A program made the position numbers and the translations under genes. From Octopus bimaculoides (lineage: Eukaryota): 64,000 nt of DNA. The DNA lies in assembly GCF_001194135.2 (NCBI RefSeq), contig NC_068981.1:113470789-113534788 (forward strand), in the 5' to 3' direction. Positions 46,279 through 58,335 of the stretch are shown one piece after another (the stretch's first letter is position 1; every line of letters begins with the position of its first letter). Under the pieces are notes generated by a model, which ran no database searches, was not told the origin of the DNA, and saw only the letters and a list, made by a program, of their open reading frames with translations.

Positions 46279-46476
46279 ATTATCTCAGTTTTAAAAAAAA
46301 CCTTTGATAATGTAAATATGTTAATGGTTGGTTACCAGAGGTAGCAAAATTACACTAGAAACCAAAATATCACAGCCGTTTTACAGGTAGAGATACCAAG
46401 TTAAAGTGATACATTTTGAGAAGATATGAATAATAATAATAAATGGAGCAAAAGGCATATAAATAAAAGTTCCTTT

Positions 46477-46567
46477 AATTCCTACACATGTTTCAAAATA
46501 TATGAGAGCCCTTCCACAAAGAAGTAAGAGCTGCTGGGATTCCTCATATATTCCTCTTCAGGGAATT
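46477..46567 (-). ncRNA. Type I hammerhead ribozyme, intact core, long stem II
   Basis: AATTCC-CTGAAGA-GGAATATATGAG..CTCATATATTTT-GAAAC-ATGT-GTA^GGAATT. Confidence 0.85.
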
Positions 46568-47189
46568 CATAAGCAAACATAAAAGCAAGACAAATACGAA
46601 ATGATGAGGTAACTTACGAGCTAAGATGTTACATGGTCAGTGACCGTTAGAACGTTTGTTTACATAGAGATATAAAGGGATCAATGATATTATTCCATGG
46701 GCTTTAGGAACAAGAACGCTTGTTTATAAAGGGAGGGGGGTTGTAAACGTGATGCTAAAGGTTTAAATTAAGTGAATGATTGAAATAGGGGGAGAAAGAA
46801 CAATATGTAAAAACGCACAGGAGGTTTGTATAATAAAATTTATGCTAATATTAATATCATAATGAAACAAAGAGTTGTATTACGACATTATACGATAAAA
46901 TAAACTGGGAGTACCGGTTTCGCGTCTAACGCTTATCAAACTTCCAAAGTCTCAGTTTTAACTCATGGGGACGCCATTTTTGTTGTTGACAATAACTTTT
47001 GCAGTCAAGAGACGTAACTCTTCAATTTATCTGAAAATTACAAGTTACTTTCAAAGTATTGTAAGGGTCTTTGGACTGATATTCTTAATGTATACAGATA
47101 TGTGAGATATATACAGAAGTTTAGGGGGGTTATTTACAAATATTTCAAGGGTGGAGAGAAGAATTGATTGTTGTTCTGTTCTAGTGGGG

Positions 47190-47495
47190 GTTGGTTGTTA
47201 CTAAAATGAATTAATGTTCAGTTCTGTTCAGATGCACGGGCTGCCAAAAAAGATAATGTCGGAAGTACAGGAAATTCTATCTGCCGCCGCTGTACAGTAC
47301 ACCGGCAACAAACAGCTTCATCACAATATCGCCAGATATATCTCGGCGAAAATATTGGCGTATGTGCTAAACAACTGCAACCACAGTTCTATATATTTCC
47401 TCTGTACAAATTTGCTGACTGGATCTCAATACAAGCTCGTCTTAAAGAAGCCTCATTCATCCAGAAATATAAACCAGAACTGAACATTAATTTGT
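47190..47495 (+). mobile_element. Penelope-like GIY-YIG fragment
   Basis: CTGCQKDNVGSTG...RCTVHRQQ...FYIFPLYK...KEASFIQKYKPELN. Confidence 0.8.
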
Positions 47496-47649
47496 GAACG
47501 GGAATTTTTGAGGGACAGGTTGTTGCCCTTTCTTTTTCTGGGCATAGTGTACCGTTAAAAGCGTGAATATTTATGACAATTATACAGTGAAAGTTTTAAG
47601 ACGATTCAGCAAGTATTTGAGCCAATTTCTCTGAACGGGAAGTTTTCAT

Positions 47650-48110
47650 GGTATTTATTGGGTATTCGTTTACAATTACACCTATCTCGTTAAACACTAT
47701 TTTAATGTACGCTTGAATTGCTCTAAACGAATTTGACCATAAAAATGTCGGAAATTTAGTATTTTTTAAGGTAGTAATAAAATTAGTCGAACCTATTTTC
47801 ATGCAGTCGAATGCGAAAAGTTTCCGAAATTTTCATATTTTTTACGTCTGCTTTTTCAGAATTCTACGCATGCGTGAAACATCAGACGAAAGTACATTCA
47901 ATAACATATTCATACATGAAACAACGTAAACAGGCACAACAATAGCTCCGACGGCCGACGGCATGAACATACTCCCAACAAATTTTATTAATATCTTAAA
48001 AAATACTAAATTTCCAACATTTTTATAGTCAAATTCGTTTAAAGCAATTTAATAACATAAAAACCGCACTTTAAGATAGTGTTTAGTGGGCATGGTGTAA
48101 TTGTAATTTT
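47650..48110. mobile_element. MITE/foldback-like element with diverged inverted arms of about 150 bp
   Basis: The reverse complement of about 47665-47803 aligns with about 47962-48105 (aaaaatactaaatttcc..tcaaattcgttta). Confidence 0.6.
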
Positions 48111-48383
48111 CACCGAAGACTAACAGTGTTTTCATGTTTTTTTTTTTGTTTTTCAAAATGTCTCATTTGAAAGAACGCAAGTATGTGAGACAGAGATAGA
48201 TAGAGAGAGAGAGAGAGAGTTATGAGAGGTAACATTGTATGAGAGAGTAAGTTCAATACGTAATACATATATCTGGGAGAGAGAAACATCAAAGTAACAC
48301 CGAAGGAGACATCAAGAAGAGCGCAACCGGTTAAGTGAGGTTGAATTAAGAGAAGCAGTACATATGTAGGGGGGAGAGAGAGG

Positions 48384-48441
<58 letters not shown>

Positions 48442-51400
48442 AGAGGTAACATTGTATGCAGTTCTGTCAATTACCACTCCTCACACGACAGTTCTCAATA
48501 AGAGAAAAGGTAGTAAGCATGAGGAATAGTAGGAGAGTTATTGAATAGTGAGAGCGGGGTAATTCGTTTTGTCGAATTTTACCAGACTGAAAGCGGACCG
48601 GTTAATTTTCCTGAATCCCATATAGATGTTGACACTCTTTCGGGTACCCACGGTTCCTCATGCCAAGTTTGGTCAAAATCGATTGAGCGGAAGCAAAGTG
48701 GCCACAAAGTCATGGATCAATTTCACATACATTTAGCATTTGAATGCGGTCCCTTCATATTGGAACCGGAGCGTTTAATTTTCGGGAATCCCATATAAAA
48801 GTTGACACTCTCCCGGTACCCACGGTCCCTCATGTCAAGTTTAGTCGAAACCGGTCCAGTGGTTGCGGAGGAGTTTGGTAACAAAATTTTGACACAGACG
48901 TAAATAGCTCAATTATAGTATAGATTGTCGCATACGAAAGCTATAATTTAGCATTAAATTTGTCGGCAATTTTACCTTGTCCTTATACTTCTCAATCCAA
49001 CTCTACCCAATCCAGACACTTCGACGAGTTCCTCTTTATAAACTTGATGCTAATTTAAACTCTTCTCTCGCTGGCCGAATTTTTGTCGGTAGTCATATGG
49101 CACTGTGTACTTGTTCTTGAAAAGTTCTAAATGTTTAATCTTTACCTGTATTCATCTGATGAAAATGTTTGTGCTTTTTTTTTTTTTTGCATGATGTATC
49201 ACTTTTGTTCAACAATAAAAAAAAACACGTCTGAAGCAGCTGTAGTGTCTATGTATGAGCATATGGCCGTATATATACACACATGCAGTTAATCTATCAC
49301 ATCTTATCTCTTTCTTTTTCCTCTTTCTTTCTATTTTCCAGCTGGCTACTAGCTCTAAAAAGATACATTGTCAAAATCGAAATGGTTTCTTTCTTCTTTT
49401 TCTTTTCTTCTCTTTTCTGTTCTTTTTTCCTTCGCCCCCTTGTTTCTTTTTGTTTCCTTCTTCTTTCTTGTTTTTTTCTTCTTCTTTAACTTGCGACGGT
49501 AAATGTTGTGTGTGTGTGTGTATACATGTAAAATTATATATATTTATAGATGTGAATATTTATCAGTGACTATTTGTTAGGCACGTATAATGTATAATGT
49601 GTGTAAGCACATACTTATGCATGGAGCCATATGTATACGTATACGCATGTAAGTATCCATTTATATACGCAAGTATATATACATGTGTATGTCTGTCATT
49701 ATTCAGTTTATTTCAAGATTTCTTGCCAATAGAGAAAGAATCGGTTTCAAACGTAGATCCAACGCTCCTTCATTGGAATTTCAACATAACAACAGGGTGT
49801 TTTTGTTTGTTTGTTTGTATTATGTATGCATGTATGTATATACGTATGTATGTCATTATTCAGTTTATTTCAAGATTTCTTGACAATAGAAGAAGAACCG
49901 GTTTCTAACTTAGATCCAAGCCTCCTTCATTGGAATTTCAACATCAACAACAGAGTATTTTTTGTACATACGTATGTATGTATGTATGTATGTATGTATG
50001 CACGCATGCACGTATGCATGTATGTATGTATGTTTGTATGTATGTGCATATCTGTATATTTTATGTATGTATTCTCATGCATATAATTACATATCTAGAC
50101 ATGCTCATATATATTTAAATGATAAGCTTCTAGAAAGTTTTACTGATTTTTACAGTTCCAGTGATGGATTGGATCTGTAGTTTTCGAATTAGCTTTCACC
50201 TTTCTGGTTTTGAGAAGCCTAATTTCTCGAGATTGGTATTCAAGCAGTGTGTTACGTATCCCAGGGCCCCAATAATTACAGATATAAACCTGAACTTGTA
50301 ACCTGGATAGAGTAACTGCAGATTTCTCAATAGTTCAGCACAGGTGGTTCTCTTCGGCTTTATATCAACATCCGCTGGGCAGCTAATTTCTACAACTGTG
50401 CACAGTTTGTCTTCTCTATCCCAAATCCTTATACCAGGTCTGCTGTGCTTACATTTTATTGAGGTCTTCACTGGGACATTCCACCAGTACTCCTTTTTAT
50501 TGTGAGTGGCTATGGCTTCTACCATATTGTGGGTCTTTATTTCTTTGTCCTCAGGATTATCCTTCTGACGGATTTCATTATAGAGTGTCCTAGCTACAAT
50601 GTCATGTCTCATCGGTCTATTTATATTTTCGCATATACTTCATGTTCCCTTTCAGTGGGCATCTCTGAAATCTAAATGGTAACGCCGTGTGTAAGAAAAT
50701 TTTTTTCATCCTGCCAATATTGCATAAATTGAGATGACCCTACTTTATAAAATGTTCAGATGAGTAGTTCTGTAAAGCGCTTCATTATGTTACTGTACAG
50801 ATATATGTGCATTTATATGTGTGCATTGATGTCTGTTAGGCGTCGTAAAACGTATATATTGTGCAACTCATAATTGGTGTGAATGATGTAACTGAATAAG
50901 GGATATGAAACAGCTGTAAGCATATGGAATAAATACTTTTTATTCCCACTTCTCCTGAATTTTAATTAATTATTATACACTCCAAAATAGTGATCCCTGG
51001 AGTTTCATGAGCTTAGTGACATTAAATTACAATTTAAACTTAATAGCTGTTTCCCGATAGCTGGACCCCATATGGAATGCTTACTGTGAGTTCTGTTTGA
51101 TTCTCTGAATCCCTAATTCTATTCATAATAATTATGTATATAGGCTTCGCACTACTTTGGATAATGTAACCCAGATATACTGGAAATTAATGGATCATGG
51201 TGGTTATCGTTATTTCTCGATTTGAACTATTGTCAAATTAGATGATATTCACATCCTGAGTTACGTTTAACTTTTTTTGTCAATATATCGTTAACGTGTA
51301 TGTCATGATTGTGTTTGAGCCGCTGAGCTACACCAAACAAAACCAGAGAAGATTATGAGTGGGTTATTATCTTCAATGTAGTCATGTTATTGGAAATGAT

Positions 51401-51564
51401 TGCTATTCTATCACTGTTAAGCAATTAATTGTAGTGCTCTCTTCTTTCAGAGGAGCTTCATATTTCTTAAAGTGACAAAATAAAGATTATCGAATAAGCA
51501 GAGATTCAAAAACTTTACACATAAAATCAAGGAAAAATTCATGTTTACACTTGTATGTACATAA

Positions 51565-51794
51565 TTCTTTTATTCTCTTTTACTTTTTTCAGTCATTTGA
51601 CTGCGGCAATGCTGGAGTACCGCCTTTAGTCGAACAAATCGATCCCAGGAGTTATTCTTTGTGAGCCTAGTACTTATTCTATTGGTCGTTTTGCCGAACC
51701 GCTAGGTTACGGAGACGTAGACATACCAGCATCGGTTGTCAAGCGATGGTGGGTGGGGGAACAAACAAACATATATATACATACATGCATACAT

Positions 51795-51852
<58 letters not shown>

Positions 51853-52013
51853 GACAGGCTCCTTTCAGTTTCTGTCTTCCAAATCCACTTGGTCGGCCCG
51901 AGGCTATAGCGGAAGACACTTGCCCAAGGTGCCACGCAGTGGGAGTGAACCCGGAACCATGTAGTTGGGAAGCAAAGAAGCAAGTTTCTTACCACATAAC
52001 CTTGCCTGCTCCT
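51565..52013 (-). mobile_element. tRNA-derived CORE-type SINE; inverted sister copy at 57054-57464 (+)
   Basis: GGTTCAGTCCC/GGTTCACTCCC B-box, CORE-like cttgggcaagtgtctt, internal (TA)n, A-rich tail. Confidence 0.85.
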
Positions 52014-52279
52014 AAATAGAATAAAATACTTATGCAAATATAATTACACACTAGAAACTCTAAACCAAAGCATAAAAAAAAGCTTAATTTAACAAAGAAC
52101 ATAAAAAAACACCACTTTACACATTCGGCACGGTGCCTGGGCTTGAATGTGTCATATCATATCATAAATGATCGCGGCGTATCTGTCAGTACATGCATAC
52201 ATACATACGCACACATATACATACGTACATACATACATACATACATACATACATACATACATACATACATACATACATG

Positions 52280-52420
52280 AAACGACAAGTCGCGTATTTG
52301 GTGTGGGAGACTATCGAAAATACGATGCATACTATTTCCAACTTTGGAGCCAAAACTATCAGCCTTGTTAAATAACTGGTTAATCTTCAGATGAATTAAC
52401 TCAGGGAGATTTTTATTCAC
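52280..52420 (-). mobile_element. CR1 3' fragment; another at about 56565-56665 (-)
   Basis: RIFDSLPHQIRDL and DVEVFKKKLDTLLSTIPDEP are CR1 terminal motifs. Confidence 0.7.
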
Positions 52421-52439
52421 GATCGTAGTGATTTTCGAC

Positions 52440-52881
52440 TGAAACTTGAAATTAGCATGCAGAGAGTTACTACAAACAACATTTTTCTTGGAGTTATGAA
52501 TTGAATAATGATCGATTTAACTGCTACGAAAAAGCGAGACAAAACTCCGCCGTTGGCTATATGAATCGATTGAAATCATATTGGGACGATCTGCATCCAG
52601 AATTAAATCATTTTACTGCGAAGCAACTACGCCAAGAAGCAACATTTGTAGAACATAGAAAGAAGGTTAGTAACTGTAACTGTATTAAAAAATCGAAAAT
52701 TAACCTTCTCAACTCTATAAACAAAAACGAAAACGTGAATGATATAAGACAACTACGTGGTTTCGCATTCCAACAGATTCCATAATGCCTGCCAGCCAAA
52801 CTACATTACTGGCTCAAGTAACTGACCATTGTCCCCCTACTACGACTATGGAAAATAGCAGGCACAACCGCAACGACTATT

Positions 52882-52955
<74 letters not shown>

Positions 52956-54850
52956 CGTGGTAGTCAGGATTATATGCCGTTGAAATGTGCCTTTACTGAA
53001 ATTTTCCGAGAAAAAATAACTTTAGCTTTGAAGGACTCTTTTGAGGAGGGAATATTCTCTACCAAAGTAAGTAAAAACCCACCAGATACGGTATTAAAAG
53101 CTGTTAACGAAATTGGTGATGAGTATTTACAACAGTGTGATGAACCCATATACTGGTGGATTAACGCCTGTCTATATGCACTAGCTACTACTGTAAAACA
53201 GTACATGAAATTCAAAAAGTAAACAAAACCGAAATAACAAAGAAAGTACCATCATGGGTTTTGAAGACAGAGAAAAAGATAACTGATCTACGGAAGACCA
53301 TCAGTCATGTGATAATGCTTATTGCAGAAGAGAATAACCGAGAGAAGTAAAATAAACAAAAAATTTAACCGCAACCAGGCAGCAGTATACAGAGACACGA
53401 GAAGAGGAGCAATAGATATCACGGAAGCTCCTCCACGAAAAGACAAAGACTTCTTCTGGAGGAAAATATGGAGTGAAGGGAAGGAATTTAACCAAGATGC
53501 TCTGTGGCTGGAAGAAGTCCGAAAAAGTTATTGCTCCTGCGTTATATCCAAGACATACAACATTGATGGTGAAACACTTGCATCTGTGATCCAGAAACTC
53601 CAGGATGGAAAAGCACCTGTTTGATATTGGTACAAGAAGCTAACATTCTACCAACCATATCTTATCAATCTGTACCAGCAAGCTTTCATTGGGAACCGTA
53701 GCATAACACTGTGGTTAGCTCTGGCAGAGACAAAATTGACCCCCAAATGCAGAACAACCCACATGGCAAAAAACTACCGGCCAATTGCATGCCAGAACTT
53801 AACGTATACAACATATTTAAACCTCTTCCTCCCAAACCATTGTGAAGTCAATAACATTATTACAGCAGAATAAGCAGCTAAGAAGAAGGGAATCTAGGGA
53901 TGTGTTAATCAACAAAACTGTGATGTCAGAGCATAGGAGGAACCTAGTTTCAGTGTGGCTAGACTACAAGAAAGCCTTTGACTCTGTTCCCCACTCATGG
54001 ATTCTAGAAGCCCTTCAACTTGCTTAAGTTCCAGTGAGAATAGTCAAAGCCATAGCTGACCTAACTTTATCGTGGGCCACCATTTTGAAATTAAACACAA
54101 AGAGTGAGTGTATTATCGGCGATAGAATACAGTAACGCAAAGGCATATTCCAAAGAAACAGCCTTTCTGTGATGTTGTTTATTCTTTCTGCAAACCCTTT
54201 GTCATTCATGTTAAGGAACTCTGGAAAATATCTCACTGGTTCACAAGAAAACAGAAATAGCAAATTTACACACTGTTTCTTTGTGGATGACTTAAAACTT
54301 AATGCAAATAATATGCATGAGATGAAAAGAGCCTTGACCTAGTTCTAACATTCTTAAAGGATGTAGAGTTGGAGTTTGGTCAGGATAAATGTTGTTATAT
54401 GGTTGTGAAAAGAGGGAAAACTTTAAACCAGACTAGTAACATCTCCATCAATGATTTGACTGTTTCCCCTGTATGTTACGAGGAATGTTACAGATATTTA
54501 GGGATGGATGAAAATATGTCTTACAATGGCACTTGTAACAAAACACGTGTCACTAAAGAATATTACAGTCGAGTAAAGCAAATTTGGACTTCAGAACTCT
54601 CTGCATTCAATAAAACAGTGGCCCACAATGTGCTTGCAGTGCCAGTGCTCATACCAACATTTGGGCTGCTTGATTGGACGTTTGAAGAGATCCGAGCCAT
54701 TGATGTGGAAACCAGAAAAATACTAACAAGCACACATAATTTCCACATAAACAGTGACATAGACTGCCTCTGCCTAAAACATAAACAAGGCGGCAGTAGT
54801 TTAAAGATTTTGCTGTTATCTCTAGCATGTGGAAAGACCTTTTAGGCTTA
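52440..54850 (+). mobile_element. R4-like LINE, 5' ORF through RT, decayed, 3'-truncated; internal (AGT)n at 52882-52954
   Basis: MNRLKSYWDDLHPELNH; KNYRPIAC; WLDYKKAFDSVPH; FVDDLKL; EFGQDKC. Confidence 0.9.
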
Positions 54851-55241
54851 ACTATGTGCTTGTGGAAAATCATCTTCAAAAATATTGGATAAAAATTCTT
54901 CGAGGTGATGCCCCAGCATGGTCTCAGTTTAATGACTGCAACAAGTAAAATGAAAATAAAAACGAAATATATCAGAAGTTTTGACCAGGCTAGGCGTCAC
55001 GATATGTGAAAAAAAAAAAAAACGAAAAAAATGACCAAAAAATATAAGCACGGGGCTTTTGTCCACTTTCACACTTTAAGTAGGGGCTTTTGTCCGTACC
55101 CCTGTTCAGTACCCCCAGTTATCAAGATAGCACCCCCAGTTGCAATCGGCTGGCTACGTGGCTAGGTGTTACCTTAGTTCATTGGTAGTGAATAGCTGAC
55201 ACTGTAGTAATCTCCAGCGTTAAAAGCTGTGCAAAGACAGT

Positions 55242-55280
<39 letters not shown>

Positions 55281-55290
55281 AATAATAATA

Positions 55291-55343
<53 letters not shown>
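55242..55343. repeat. Compound microsatellite (AAC)n(AAT)n(GAT)n tailing an R4-type 3' UTR (55175-55241)
   Basis: The 3' UTR matches the one at about 5920-5995 (-). Confidence 0.9.
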
Positions 55344-55346
<3 letters not shown>

Positions 55347-55859
55347 GGCGTCGTATCTGTTGTAAGCTTAGCCTCTAGTATTATATATAATAAAATCATG
55401 GGATATTGAGTTATATGGTGAATTGCATTGCATTGCGTATGTTATAAGCTATATGTTATGATATGTGGTGTGCTATATATTTAATTACTATCCCATGAAA
55501 ACTCCTGCCTAGTTAGTCTGACTTCATCATGTTTTTGGTGATTAAACTATTTGTTCCTTTCTTATGATGTTCTACCCTACTGATCATATTATGTATATTT
55601 GTAATGGCTTTTATGTAAGTAGGTCTCCTAATTATACACCCCCTAGAAACTATAAAATCATATACGTAACAGTACCTGTAACATTGCAACTTATAAAATC
55701 TCTTCGGTCAGAATACCTTCAACTGCTTTCACTACTCCAATACCTACTATCTTCTCTTTTATGGTTATCTTTAACTCTTCCCTACCTCAAATTTTAATAC
55801 CCTGTCTCTTTAAACGTAAGTTATATATATTTCTCATCATTTTCTATAAATTCTTATTT

Positions 55860-56014
55860 TGCAGCGTGGAAGGTGTTTATAAGCTATTTAAAATAACACA
55901 CAAAAACTGTTAGATTCACTTCAACATTTAAATTTAATTTGTCAAAATATTTTCGTCGCTTTGAAACTGCGACCTGTTCATTGTCAAAGGCTTATAAACA
56001 CCTTCCACGCTGCA
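55860..56014. mobile_element. 155-bp element with perfect 25-bp terminal inverted repeats and an internal hammerhead-like fold
   Basis: TGCAGCGTGGAAGGTGTTTATAAGC at 55860-55884, inverted at 55990-56014. Confidence 0.7.
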
Positions 56015-58070
56015 ATTGTTTTCGTTCCCGCACACGATCTCAGATCAGGTCACTTGCTATGCAAGTACATCTCCGTAATTCTTATTATTTTGTTTTCTTA
56101 CTTTGATATGCTTACCTATTAACCTCTTATCCCTTAAAGTTGTTACTGTTCTTGAATAGAGATTTTTCAGCTACTAAGTCTATGCGAGATGGTTATACTA
56201 TATCCATACAAACGGATATTTGTGCAGCTGATGGTAGCCCTGCATTTAAATTGATGTAATGATTGAATTGTTCAGTTAAATGGAGTCGCTTGAAACGGTC
56301 GTATTGCGTAACTTCTTGATATCCTGTTGCTTATTTTGATTTTATTCACCTTACTTCGAGCTGTGCGGATAATACCGGACTGACTTGGGGCTTCAACTTA
56401 AGTACCTAATTCAAATTAATCTCAATTATTTCTTATATATATATATATATTCTTGGAGCACCACGATAATTTTTCACTATTTTTGTATCCTCTCCACAAT
56501 CTTTCCGTGGTTTCTCTCCCCGACTAATGCGATTCCATTAAAATGTTCGATGGCCCATCTAGTGTATAGTGGAATTTGACACTGCTGCCCCCAACTGTGC
56601 CTCATGTCGAGCCATTGGTTCGTCTGGTATTGTGGATAGGAGAGTGTCCAGTTTCTTTTTAAAGACTTCTACATCTATATATATATATATACATACATAC
56701 ACATACATGCGTATACATATACATATATATTCATATATGTATACACACACACACACACACACTCACACTCGCACACACACACTCACACTCGCACACACAC
56801 ACTCACACACACATACGTTGAACAAACTCATACACACGTTATATGCGTGTGTTTGTATGCATCCATACATGTGCATATGTACTTGTGTGTGTGTGAAGGT
56901 ATGCAGCTATGGATGTGTATGTGAGTGATACATAAAGAGTGATACAATAACTCATTCTGATTTCCCTAGTGCCACTCTCAATCCTTTTTTGTGGTTTCAT
57001 CACCTATGCGTTACACAAAATACAAAGAAAAATACACTTAAAAAATTATTATGAGGAGTGGCTGTGTGGTAAGTAGCTTGCTTACCAACCACATGGTCCC
57101 GGGTTCAGTCCCACTGCGTGGCATCTTGGGCAAGTGTCTTCTACTATAGCCTCGGGCCGACCAATGCCTTGTGAGTGGATTTGGTAGACGGAAACTGAAA
57201 GAAGCCTGTCGTATATATGTATATATATATGTATGTGTGTATGTGTTTGTATGTCTGTGTTTGTCCCCCCCCCCAACATCGCTTGACAACCGATGCTGGT
57301 GTGTTTATGTCCCCGTAACTTAGCGGTTCGGCAAAAGAGACCGAAAGAATAAGTACTAGGCTTCCAAAGAATAAGTCCTGGGGTCGATTTGCTCGACTAA
57401 AGGCGGTGCTCCAGCATGGCCACAGTCAAAAGACTGAAACAAGTAAAAGAAAAAAAGAAAGAAAGTCCTCAAATGTGTACCCGGAAGGAAAGTACATAAT
57501 AAAACTTTGTTAAATTACAACCAAATTATACCTTGCGAACCTCATCCCAAGTTACCAAAGAAGGCCACGCTGATCATAAACATGCACAAGGATAAGATGA
57601 AGTGTATTCATATAATATTTTCTCCTTTCTTTTTAATCCTGCGACGGACCCGGGTCTTCTCCGGGTGTAGTTGGAGAGTACGGAATGGATATGCCACAAT
57701 ATCTAGTAAACTGTCCGGGGAGGACCGTTTATTCTTTTGCTTTTGATGTATACAAATGCATGTCTTGTATTTAAATGTTTCAGTACACACACACGCGCGA
57801 TGCACGCACACACACACACACACATGAACACACGCGCACGCACATGCACACACATACATATATTCTTATGAGATGATGCATTAAATACCAAAAAAAAAAG
57901 AACTAAAACAACAAAAAAAAAACCCAGTCATCCACGGTAATTAAGAGCCCAATTTACAATAGGTCGTTAAATTCCAATTGACTAAAATTCTATTGGAAGA
58001 AGTTTGCATGTATACACATGATCGGCTAAAATGATCCTTAATAGTAACGAATATTTAGTTCACACACATG

Positions 58071-58146
<76 letters not shown>

Positions 58147-58211
58147 CATATATGCATACGTATGTATGCATGTATGTATGTATGTATGTATGTATGTATA
58201 GCATAACTTAC

Positions 58212-58298
58212 AGTTGCTTGAAACGCATTTCTTGGCCATTCAGTTCGGATGATTTGTAGGAAGGAAAATATCAGCAAGGCAACTAGTAGCGAACGCAT
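58212..58298 (-). CDS. MMP: MMP coding exon 1 (signal peptide)
   Basis: ccaaaATG then MRSLLVALLIFSFLQIIRTEWPRNAFQAT, followed by a gtaagt donor in phase 0, matching exon 2. Hydrophobic signal-peptide core. Confidence 0.85.
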
Positions 58299-58335
58299 TT
58301 TGGAGAAAACTAATGCTTTTGTCTGCCGTGGTTGC

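Larger units (their letters stand above)
3127..58298 (-). other. MMP: Matrix metalloproteinase gene, 5' part (4 coding exons, giant TE-filled introns; 3' exons lie left of the window)
   Basis: Spliced translation MRSLLVALLIFSFLQIIRTEWPRNAFQAT|NYLIRYGYLTPDYTLNDPKIAYIKAMKRFQMRANLEITG|KLDRFTIKQMQKKRCGVFDMIPSRREPIQFRISKRFALQG|SRWLYTNLTYNIKTYTSDLTKQQVDDTIEEAFQ (87+115+120+101 = 423 nt). Intron phases 0, 1, 1, 0 all match. The family is clear; the specific ortholog is not assigned. Confidence 0.95.

Noticed and set aside
51085-51198. Alternative MMP first exon: ACCACCATG in frame with a phase-0 gtaagc donor (MIH*FPVYLGYIIQSSAKP...)
   Set aside because: It has an in-frame TAA at codon 4 and a weak hydrophobic core; the 58212-58298 exon gives a stop-free, much better signal peptide. 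Rescue by double A-to-I editing is unsupported.
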